Shown piece by piece: positions 45,022 through 52,612 of a stretch of DNA of 64,000 nt. The position numbers and the translations under genes are program-made. Source of the stretch: an uncultured Verrucomicrobiae bacterium (GTDB lineage: Bacteria; Verrucomicrobiota; Verrucomicrobiia; Limisphaerales; Palsa-1400); NCBI GenBank assembly GCA_963813995.1, contig CAWFAZ010000037.1, forward strand, positions 7,430 to 71,429, written 5' to 3'. The notes under the pieces were generated by a model. That model was given only the letters and a program-made list of their open reading frames with translations. It was not told the DNA's origin and ran no database searches. Positions within the stretch are counted from its first letter, which is position 1. Each line of letters begins with the position of its first letter.

Positions 45022-45431
45022 TAACAAAAATTGACCATCTCGGAATCGCCGTCCAGTCCCTGGATCAAGCCGTGCCCTACTATGAAAAGGCGCTGGGCTT
45101 GAAATGTGAGCGCCGCGAAGAAGTTGCCTCGCAAAAAGTCCGCACCGCGTTCTTTTCCGTGGGCGGCGTGCATCTCGAACTCCTTGAACCAACCAGCCCG
45201 GAAAGTCCCATTGCGAAATATCTCCAGAAAAATCCCGCCGGCGGCATCCATCATATTGCATTCAGCGCGGAGGATGTCGAAAGCCAGCTTCGTCAGGCTT
45301 CCGGCGCGGGCGTGAAGCTGATTAATGAAAAGCCTTTCGAAGGCGCGGGCGGCAAGTTGGTCGCCTTTCTCCATCCCAAATCAACCTTTGGCGTGCTCAC
45401 CGAGTTGTGTATGCCTAAAAAAAGTGGATAG
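45018..45431 (+). CDS. mce: Methylmalonyl-CoA epimerase (VOC/glyoxalase fold)
   Basis: IDHLGIAVQSLDQAVPYYEKALGL..HLELLEPTSPESPIAKYLQKNPAGGIHHIAFSAEDV is a typical Mce. ATGA overlap with meaB. Confidence 0.9.
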   Translation: MITKIDHLGIAVQSLDQAVPYYEKALGLKCERREEVASQKVRTAFFSVGGVHLELLEPTSPESPIAKYLQKNPAGGIHHIAFSAEDVESQLRQASGAGVKLINEKPFEGAGGKLVAFLHPKSTFGVLTELCMPKKSG

Positions 45432-45468
45432 TAGCCAGTGGTGAGTGGCTGGAGCAGAATGAAAAGGC

Positions 45469-47016
45469 ATGAAAATTAAAACATTAGTGGAGGAGCTTGA
45501 AAAGCGTCGCGCTGTCGCGCGGGCGGGCGGGGGGCAGGACAAACTGGATGCCCGCCGCAAAAAGGGCCTGATGACCGCCCGTGATCGCCTGGAGAAGCTT
45601 TTCCAGACTGGCACATTTCAGGAAGCCGGCCTTCATGCCGGGCACGAGTGCCACAACTTCGGCATGCAGGAAAAGTCCATGCCTGCCGATGGCGTCGTGA
45701 CTGGCGCGGGCCTCATCGATGGCCGGGTCGTCGCGGCCTTCAGCCAGGATTTTACCGTGGGCGGCGGCGCGTTGGGGCGCATTCACTCCAGGAAAATTTG
45801 CGAACAGATGGACTATGCTCTCAAGGTTGGCTGCCCCATGATCGGCTTTAATGATTCGGGCGGCGCGCGCATCCAGGAAGGCATCGACTCCCTGTCCGCC
45901 TACGGCCAGGTGTTTTTTCGCAACGTCCTTCTGTCCGGTGTCGTGCCGCAGATTGCCATTGTTGCCGGGCCTTGTGCCGGCGGCGCAGCTTATTCGCCGG
46001 CATTGACGGATTTTATCATCATGGTCAAAGGCGCCAACATGTTCATCTGCGGGCCGGAAGTGATTCAGGCGGTCACTGGCCAGAAATGCACGATGGATGA
46101 AATCGGCGGCGCCACGGCCAATGCCAGCATCAGTGGCAACGTTCATTTCATCGCCGATAACGATGCGCACTCGATCCAAATTGTCCGCCGTCTTCTCTCC
46201 TTCTTTCCGTCCAACAACCTGCTGGATCCGCCCCACCATCCCACCCCGCAGATTGATTTGAGCAACGATGCGGAAATGGATCGCCTGCTGCCGGAATCCG
46301 CCAAAGACGCGCTCGACGTTCACAAAGTAATTGGCCGGCTTGTGGACAACGGGGATTTGCTCGAAGTTCAGGCCGAATGGGCGCGCAACATCATCATTGG
46401 ATTCGCGCGCATTCAGGGCATTGTCGTTGGCGTCGTCGCCAACAACCCTGCCGTTAAAGCCGGCACGCTCGACATTGATTCGTCGGACAAAGGCGCGCGC
46501 TTCATTCGCTTTTGCAATGTTTTCAACATTCCGCTTGTCACTCTGGTGGACATTCCCGGTTTCATGCCGGGCATTCAACAGGAGCGCGGCGGCATCATCC
46601 GTCACGGCGCGAAAATGCTCTTTGCGTATGCGTCCGCCACCGTGCCCAAAATAACGGTCATTCTTCGAAAGGCTTATGGCGGCGCCTATCTGGCCATGTG
46701 CAGCTCCGATATGGGGGCGGATTTTGTTTTCGCATGGCCCACCGCCGAGATCGCCGTCATGGGCGCCGAAGGCGCGGTCAAAATTCTTTACAAACGCGAA
46801 ATTGCAGCCGCCAGGGACCCCAAAGCCAAAGAAGCGGAGTTGGTGACAGAATACCGCAACAAATTCTGTTCACCCTACCAAGCCGCGAGAGAGGCGATGA
46901 TCACCGACGTCATCGCGCCTTCCGAAACCCGCGCCAGGATATCGCTGGCACTTCGCAACACCCTCACCAAGCGCGAATCGCGTCCCCCAAAGAAACACGG
47001 GACCATCCCGCTCTAA
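45469..47016 (+). CDS. Methylmalonyl-CoA carboxyltransferase / decarboxylase alpha subunit (acyl-CoA carboxylase beta family)
   Basis: 515 aa. GKLTARDRLE-like region (GLMTARDRLEKLF), FSQDFTVGGGALG, NDSGGARIQEG and VILRKAYGGAYLAM are family hallmarks. Confidence 0.9.
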   Translation: MKIKTLVEELEKRRAVARAGGGQDKLDARRKKGLMTARDRLEKLFQTGTFQEAGLHAGHECHNFGMQEKSMPADGVVTGAGLIDGRVVAAFSQDFTVGGGALGRIHSRKICEQMDYALKVGCPMIGFNDSGGARIQEGIDSLSAYGQVFFRNVLLSGVVPQIAIVAGPCAGGAAYSPALTDFIIMVKGANMFICGPEVIQAVTGQKCTMDEIGGATANASISGNVHFIADNDAHSIQIVRRLLSFFPSNNLLDPPHHPTPQIDLSNDAEMDRLLPESAKDALDVHKVIGRLVDNGDLLEVQAEWARNIIIGFARIQGIVVGVVANNPAVKAGTLDIDSSDKGARFIRFCNVFNIPLVTLVDIPGFMPGIQQERGGIIRHGAKMLFAYASATVPKITVILRKAYGGAYLAMCSSDMGADFVFAWPTAEIAVMGAEGAVKILYKREIAAARDPKAKEAELVTEYRNKFCSPYQAAREAMITDVIAPSETRARISLALRNTLTKRESRPPKKHGTIPL

Positions 47017-47022
47017 ACCGTT

Positions 47023-47346
47023 ATGTCCATCCCCGCGCTTCTCCTCCAGGTTGCCATTTCACTGGTAGTGGTGACGCTTTACCACCTGTGGGTCAGCCGG
47101 AAAAAGCCAGCCGCGCCATTGTCTCCGGTTGTTCTCGCGCCCGTTGCGCCGCCGCCGAAGACTCCCCCGGCAGTGGAAGCGGCGCCGCCTGAAATACTGG
47201 CGGTCATCGCGGCGGCCATCGCGGTGATACTGGGCCGCCCTCACCAGGTTGTATCCGTGCAGCAAGCGGTGGCCCTCGCTCCGGAAGGCAATGCTTGGGC
47301 AATGGAAGGGCGCGTGGAACAATTCCTGTCCCACAGGGTCCGATAA
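47023..47346 (+). CDS. OadG/MmdD-like small membrane subunit
   Basis: 107 aa. It has an N-terminal TM helix (LLLQVAISLVVVTLYHLW), a P/A-rich linker and EILAVIAAAIAVILGRPHQVVSV, a layout typical of decarboxylase gamma/delta anchor subunits. Confidence 0.7.
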   Translation: MSIPALLLQVAISLVVVTLYHLWVSRKKPAAPLSPVVLAPVAPPPKTPPAVEAAPPEILAVIAAAIAVILGRPHQVVSVQQAVALAPEGNAWAMEGRVEQFLSHRVR

Positions 47347-47367
47347 CCATTTTAATCGATAAGAGCC

Positions 47368-47763
47368 ATGATCAAAAAACTCCGCGTAACAGTGGACGGC
47401 AAATCTTATGATGTGACCGTCGAAGTCCCTGATGATCCGGGCGCTTCCGCCGGTGCGCCGCCGCCTCTTGTGAGTGCGCCATCCGCGCCTTCGCCGCCTC
47501 CGCCGTCTCAGGCGGTGCCAATCGCAACAACCGGCGCTGTTCCCGGCGCGGTGGCCAGCCCTCTCGCCGGCCGGGTTATCGCGATACTTGTCACACCCGG
47601 CCAGGAAGTCAAAAAGGGCGATCATCTGCTGACCCTCGAAGCGATGAAAATGAACACCGCTGTCTCTGCCCCGAAAGCGGGGACAGTCGCGGAAATACTG
47701 ACGACGGTCGGCGCCGCGGTTGACGAAGGCCAAATTCTGGCGCGGATTGAGGATTCAAAATAA
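47368..47763 (+). CDS. Biotin carboxyl carrier protein (1.3S/MmdC-like)
   Basis: C-terminal biotinyl domain with the EAMKM biotinylation motif (LTLEAMKMNTAVSAPKAGTV), preceded by an A/P-rich linker. Confidence 0.9.
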   Translation: MIKKLRVTVDGKSYDVTVEVPDDPGASAGAPPPLVSAPSAPSPPPPSQAVPIATTGAVPGAVASPLAGRVIAILVTPGQEVKKGDHLLTLEAMKMNTAVSAPKAGTVAEILTTVGAAVDEGQILARIEDSK

Positions 47764-48518
47764 TGACTCAGGCGGACACAGTCGGTTGCTGCTTTTGTGA
47801 GGACTGGCATGTCCATGAGCTTTCCATCACAAACTCAACCAACCTTGTCGCCGCCACATTTTCCGCCTGGGAGGCCGTCCGCGCCGACCGGCAGACTGCC
47901 GGCCGGGGGCGTTTTCAACGCGGCTGGGTTTCGGATGAAGGCGGGTTATGGCTCTCCGCCGTTGTTCCAACCGGACCGAATGCCGCCGACTGGCGCGCTC
48001 TGCCATTGGCTGTGTGCCTCGCTGTGTGCGATGCGCTGCAGTCAGTCGGATTGAGGCGCTTCCGCGTCCGATGGCCCAACGATGTGCTGGTGGACGACCG
48101 CAAGCTGGCTGGCTTGCTGGTGGATCAGTTCGCTCCCGGACTGGCGGTGGCAGGCGTTGGCATCAACGTCTTCAATCACCCTGAAACTCACGATCCCGGC
48201 TTGAAAGATCAGGTCACCCGCCTCGCCGATCTGATTGCCACCCCGCCGGACTTGCGCCAGTTGACCCGGGTTATCCTGGGCAATTTGCGGCGGGTGGTGG
48301 AGCAAATGCGAACACACGGATTCGCCTCGTTGCTCCCGCGAATCAACCAGATGTGGGGCCGCCCGCGCAGGGTCGAACTCGACCTCAATGGCGATCTCCG
48401 CCTGGGAACTTTTGGTGGTGTTGGCCAGGACGGAGAGTTGTTGCTGTTGAGTGATTCCGGCAACAGGGTCGCCTACGATGCGTCTCAAGTGCGGCATTTG
48501 AAAGAAATTGATTTATGA
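47763..48518 (+). CDS. birA: Biotin--protein ligase (class I, no HTH domain)
   Basis: ADRQTAGRGRFQRGWVS is the GRGRxGR biotin/ATP-binding loop. 251 aa. TAATG overlap with the BCCP gene. Confidence 0.85.
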   Translation: MTQADTVGCCFCEDWHVHELSITNSTNLVAATFSAWEAVRADRQTAGRGRFQRGWVSDEGGLWLSAVVPTGPNAADWRALPLAVCLAVCDALQSVGLRRFRVRWPNDVLVDDRKLAGLLVDQFAPGLAVAGVGINVFNHPETHDPGLKDQVTRLADLIATPPDLRQLTRVILGNLRRVVEQMRTHGFASLLPRINQMWGRPRRVELDLNGDLRLGTFGGVGQDGELLLLSDSGNRVAYDASQVRHLKEIDL

Positions 48519-50017
48519 TGAAGGATGCGTTCCCGCGCCTTGCCGCCGCCGAGGCTGCCGCCCAGATTCAAAACGGCCAAACTGTCGCTTTCAGCGGCTT
48601 CACACCCGCTGGCGCCGCCAAAGAAATCCCCAAGGCCATCGCAGCCCGCGCCACGAAGATGCAAGCCGCCGGCCAGCCATTTCGCATTGGCGTCATCACC
48701 GGCGCTTCCACCGGCCATTCGCTGGATGGATCGCTCGCGCGGGCCGACGCCATCCTTTTCCGCACGCCCTACCAGAATGATCCTGATTTGCGAAAAAGCA
48801 TCAACGAGGGGCGGACAAAGTTTTACGACATGCACTTGTCCCAGTTGCCGCAGGCGGTTCGCTACGGCTTTCTTGGCCATGTCCACTGGGCGGTGATCGA
48901 GGCCTGCGATGTCACTGCTTCCGGCGAAATTACTCTTACCGCATCTGTCGGCGCCACACCCACCTTTTGCCGGGTCGCGGACAAAATCTTGATTGAGTTG
49001 AACCGGTTCCATCCCCGGGCGCTTCGCGGCTTCCACGACATCTACGAACCCGAAGACCCGCCTCATCGCAAACCGGTGCCCATCCTTCGCCCGGACGACC
49101 GCATCGGCACACTCACTGTAAAAGTCGATCCGAAGAAAATTGCCGGCATTGTCGAAACCAACCTGCCGGATGAAGTGGGTTCTTTCAGCGCCGTTGCCGG
49201 CGCCACCGCGCGCATCGGTGAAAACGTCGCCGATTTTCTTGCTGCCGAACTTCGGCGCGGACTTATACCGCCCTCCTTCCTGCCCATCCAATCCGGGGTC
49301 GGCGACACCGCCAATGCCGTGCTCAAGGCGATGGGCGCGCATCCGAAAATTCCAAGGTTTGACATGTACACCGAGGTGATTCAGGACGCCGTCATCGCGC
49401 TGGTGAAGGACGACAAAATCCGCTTCGCCAGCGGTTGTTCGCTGACGGTCAGCAATCCTGTTCTGCGGGACATCTACGAACAGATCGATTTCTTCCGTTC
49501 CAGGCTGCTGCTTCGCCCGCAGGAGATCACCAACAACCCGGAAATCATCCGGCGCCTTGGAATCCTCTCCATCAACACCGCCATCGAGGTGGACATCACC
49601 GGCAACGTGAACAGCACCCATGTGCTGGGCCGGAACTTGATGAGCGGCATCGGCGGGTCCGGCGACTTTGCCCGCAACGCCTTCCTCTCCATCTTTACCT
49701 GCCCCTCCACGGCCAAAGGCGGGAAGATCAGCACCATCATTCCCCTGGTCAGTCATCTTGACAGCAGTGAACATTCCGTCCAGGTCATCATCACCGAACA
49801 GGGCATTGCCGACCTGCGCGGCAAATCTCCGATGGAGCGAGCCAAAACAATCATCGAAAACTGCGCCCATCCGGACTACCGCCCCCTCTTGCGCGATTAT
49901 GTGGCTTTGGCTGGAAGCACACATTCCCCGCAGACTCTCCGCGTGGCTTTCGCCATGCACCTCGCCTTTGCCGAAACAGGCGACATGCACACCACCCGAT
50001 GGGCTATTGCGACTTAG
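48515..50017 (+). CDS. Acetyl-CoA hydrolase/transferase-family succinate CoA-transferase (ScpC/AarC-like)
   Basis: 500 aa. NGQTVAFSGFTPAGAAKEIPKAIA, GVITGASTGHSLDGSLA, RTPYQNDPDLRKSINEG and DMHLSQL fit the succinyl-CoA:acetate / propionyl-CoA:succinate transferase subgroup. ATGA overlap with birA. Confidence 0.85.
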   Translation: MMKDAFPRLAAAEAAAQIQNGQTVAFSGFTPAGAAKEIPKAIAARATKMQAAGQPFRIGVITGASTGHSLDGSLARADAILFRTPYQNDPDLRKSINEGRTKFYDMHLSQLPQAVRYGFLGHVHWAVIEACDVTASGEITLTASVGATPTFCRVADKILIELNRFHPRALRGFHDIYEPEDPPHRKPVPILRPDDRIGTLTVKVDPKKIAGIVETNLPDEVGSFSAVAGATARIGENVADFLAAELRRGLIPPSFLPIQSGVGDTANAVLKAMGAHPKIPRFDMYTEVIQDAVIALVKDDKIRFASGCSLTVSNPVLRDIYEQIDFFRSRLLLRPQEITNNPEIIRRLGILSINTAIEVDITGNVNSTHVLGRNLMSGIGGSGDFARNAFLSIFTCPSTAKGGKISTIIPLVSHLDSSEHSVQVIITEQGIADLRGKSPMERAKTIIENCAHPDYRPLLRDYVALAGSTHSPQTLRVAFAMHLAFAETGDMHTTRWAIAT

Positions 50018-51386
50018 CCGGTTCCCGCGTGACGTTGTGGGTCGCGATCTCCCCGGCGTTGGCCAGGTTATCCTCCAAGCGCACGCCATGGAACGCGCAA
50101 TCGTCAAGGTGAATATCGGCAATCACGGAGCGGGTCGTGCCAACCACGTCGAGCACGCGCGGACTGTCCGCTGTGGTGACATGCTCCATGAAGACGTGGC
50201 GCACGACGGGAGGAAACGGCCCGGTTTCAACCCTTCCATAGACAAGGTCAATGGTCAGCACGACCTTGACCGTGCCGGCCTCAACGTTGCGCATGAACAC
50301 GTTCTCGATCACGCCGCCCCTTTCCGCGTTGGATTTCAGGCGCAGGATGCGGTCCAGGTTCGGGCTGTCCATTTTGCAATTCTCGGCGAAGACATTGCGC
50401 ACGCTGCCGGAAACTTCGCTGCCCACCACCACGCCGCCATGGCCGTCTTTCATCGCGCAGCCGCGCACGATGATGTTTTCCGAGGGGACATTGACCCGGC
50501 GGCCGTCGGCATTCTTGCCGGACTTGATGGCGATGCAGTCGTCGCCGGTGTCGAAGACGCAATTTTCGATGAGCACATCGCGGGAGCATTCGGGATCGCA
50601 GCCGTCGTTGTTCGGCCCGTGGCTGGAAATGGTGACGCCGCGCACCGTGACATTGGTGGAGAGCACCGGGTTGATTTCCCACATGGGGGAATTGGTGATG
50701 CGAACGTTCTCAATGAGAACATTGCGGCAGCGGTACGGTTGGATGAAGTTTGGGCGGAGTCCGCCGCCCTCGCCGAAAGCGCGTTCCGCCACCGGCACGC
50801 CGCGATCGGCTTCGTCAATAAGTTTTTTGGAGCCGCCGCCCGCGCCCCCTGTCTTGAAACCCCACCACGTCTGCGCGCCAGACCCATCGAGCGTGCCGGA
50901 GCCGGTGACGGCAATGTTCTCCTGTTCGAAGGCGTAGATGAGAGGGGAATAGTTCATGCACTCCGTGCCTTCAAACCGGGTGAAGACAACCGGCAGGTAT
51001 TTCGCGCGGTCGGGGGCAAATTGCAGCGTGGCCCCTTCGGCGATGTGAAGGTTCACGTTGCCCAGCAAATGCACCGCGCCGGTGAGGAACACGCCGCCCC
51101 CGGCCACCACCCGCCCGCCGCCCGCCGCGTGGCAGGCCGCAATGGCCTTGGCGATCGCCTCCGTGCAATCGGTCGTGCCGTCCCCCTTCGCGCCAAAGTC
51201 GGTGATCGGAAAATCGCGCGCGGGGAATTGGGGCGCCTTGATGCGGGCCAGAATGGCCGGCTCGGAGTCCCACCCCGTCGCGCCGGCAGTCGCGCCCGGA
51301 TGTTCGAGCGCGGCGTTCTGTGCGACGGCGGCAAGAGCGCCTGCCGACAATAAGACGGCAATGATGTTTTTCATTTTTATCCTCAA
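50004..51386 (-). CDS. Glycoside hydrolase family 28 (polygalacturonase-like), secreted
   Basis: FGAKGDGTTDCTEAIAKAI, NSPMWEINP, GPNNDGCDPE, GDDCIAIKSG and the DGHGGVVVGSE motifs are the GH28 catalytic blocks. Has a signal peptide. The start could alternatively be ATG 51374. Confidence 0.9.
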   Translation of the reverse strand: MRIKMKNIIAVLLSAGALAAVAQNAALEHPGATAGATGWDSEPAILARIKAPQFPARDFPITDFGAKGDGTTDCTEAIAKAIAACHAAGGGRVVAGGGVFLTGAVHLLGNVNLHIAEGATLQFAPDRAKYLPVVFTRFEGTECMNYSPLIYAFEQENIAVTGSGTLDGSGAQTWWGFKTGGAGGGSKKLIDEADRGVPVAERAFGEGGGLRPNFIQPYRCRNVLIENVRITNSPMWEINPVLSTNVTVRGVTISSHGPNNDGCDPECSRDVLIENCVFDTGDDCIAIKSGKNADGRRVNVPSENIIVRGCAMKDGHGGVVVGSEVSGSVRNVFAENCKMDSPNLDRILRLKSNAERGGVIENVFMRNVEAGTVKVVLTIDLVYGRVETGPFPPVVRHVFMEHVTTADSPRVLDVVGTTRSVIADIHLDDCAFHGVRLEDNLANAGEIATHNVTREPAKSQ

Positions 51387-51538
51387 GATTGACTGACTTT
51401 GACCTGAGATTTGACGACCTGCAAGGACGGAAAAGCGCAGCGGGAAAATACGCGCCTGTTGACAAGGCCACGAATGTGTGGCAGGATTTGGTTAATCCAG
51501 TTCGCTGGAGGTGGATTGCCCGAAGGGGCAAGCGTAAG

Positions 51539-51567
51539 AAGGCCCTGAATAAGGGCCTTTTTATTTG
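51539..51567 (+). terminator. Intrinsic-terminator-like hairpin with T-tract (possibly bidirectional), abutting the DUF3800 stop codon
   Basis: AAGGCCC (51539-45) pairs with GGGCCTT (51553-59), with a 7-nt loop, followed by TTTATTTG on the plus strand. On the minus strand it directly follows the TAA of the DUF3800 gene but has a weaker U-tract (CUUACGCUU). Confidence 0.45.
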
Positions 51568-52234
51568 CCCGGACAGAGATGTTTTCCACTGCCTTTGACT
51601 TGGCCGGTGTCGATATGACGGTGAAACTTGTCTCCGAACGCCGCGAGCAAACGTTTGGCAAATGGACCAGGCTCTTCGCCTGTGCGTCCGAATTCTCGCA
51701 GAATTTGGTGCCGACATGGGTGTGCGAGAAGATCGGCCAATTGCAGACCTGAAATATTGGCAGACTTCGGCTTCACTTTAAGCTCTTCCGACATGATGGC
51801 AGGTTGGAAAGGTCCGCCACACTGTGGCTGCCAACCCTTTTCTGTTTTTCCGACCGTTTCGTAAACATGTTTGAGCAACCGGTCTTCTTTTCCACCCCTG
51901 CTTTCAGCCATCACGTCGCCGCAGCGCCGTATGTGGATCAAGTAATCGCGATACTGCTCATAAATGAAGTGAACCCCCATGTGATACGGATGCAAAACTC
52001 CAGGTCACGATGGAATGATTCGTAATCGGGATTCTTGAACCAAACACCAAGCAAGCAAAGATAACGATGCTCTGGCTGATCCGAATGCTTAAAGACATGG
52101 TCGCCGGATTCGTCAATATACAGGCGGAACCGTTCCTCGTGAGAGGTTGGGTCAGACGGTGTCTGAATTGGCGAAACCGGCTCGCTCATTGTGCAAGGGC
52201 ATGGTTCGCTGGAATTTCGAACCGATGCAAGCAA
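51561..52234 (-). pseudogene. DUF3800-like protein gene with 1-nt frameshift (T-run at 51993-51996 on minus-strand reading)
   Basis: The N-terminal ORF (..RFRLYIDESGDHVF.., the DUF3800 YIDESG start motif) ends ..HRDLEFCIRITWGF..*. The second ORF continues as (L)HPYHMGVHFIYEQYRDYLIH...NISGLQLADLLAHP. One extra T in GAGTTTTGCAT would join them as ..HRDLEFLHPYHMG... The likely start is ATG 52189. Confidence 0.65.
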
Positions 52235-52264
52235 AACGTTTTCGCCGGTGGAAATCCTGATTTG

Positions 52265-52612
52265 TCAAGTATGGGAAGGTCTTGGACAGAGGCAAGCTGC
52301 CAATCCTGGTCCGAAAATCGCAAAGATAACCAGCGTTCCCGCAAGAACCAGCATCCGTATCGTGACCGATGCCGTCGGGGCCATGGAAGCTTGCAGATGG
52401 ATGTTCAAATCGGCCCACGGCTCGACTGCCACGGCCCGCTTGAAGGTCAGCACGCGGCCTTGTTCGGGTATGCTGGCGCGGATGCCCGCCGGGTTGCTCA
52501 CGGCCGCGTCCTGTTGCTGGATCAGCTTCTCCGCCAGACGCATGAAGGCGGCGTTTTCCTCGGCGGTGTTGATGTCAATTATATCTTTGGCGTCTTGCTG
52601 CGTGTAATTCAT
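52265..52612 (-). CDS. 115-aa tail-anchored protein, or frameshifted C-terminal extension of the giant upstream protein
   Basis: The ATG overlaps the giant gene's stop (ATGA). It has a soluble domain followed by one C-terminal TM helix (IRMLVLAGTLVIFAIFGPGLAA). Its frame is open for 54 codons upstream of the ATG, with no start codon in between. Confidence 0.45.
   Translation of the reverse strand: MNYTQQDAKDIIDINTAEENAAFMRLAEKLIQQQDAAVSNPAGIRASIPEQGRVLTFKRAVAVEPWADLNIHLQASMAPTASVTIRMLVLAGTLVIFAIFGPGLAACLCPRPSHT

Noticed and set aside
48485-51353. Long ORFs 48485..50122 (-) and 49668..51353 (+)
   Set aside because: They are antisense to the CoA-transferase and GH28 genes respectively, both of which carry diagnostic motifs. 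They have shadow-ORF composition (G/R/A-rich).
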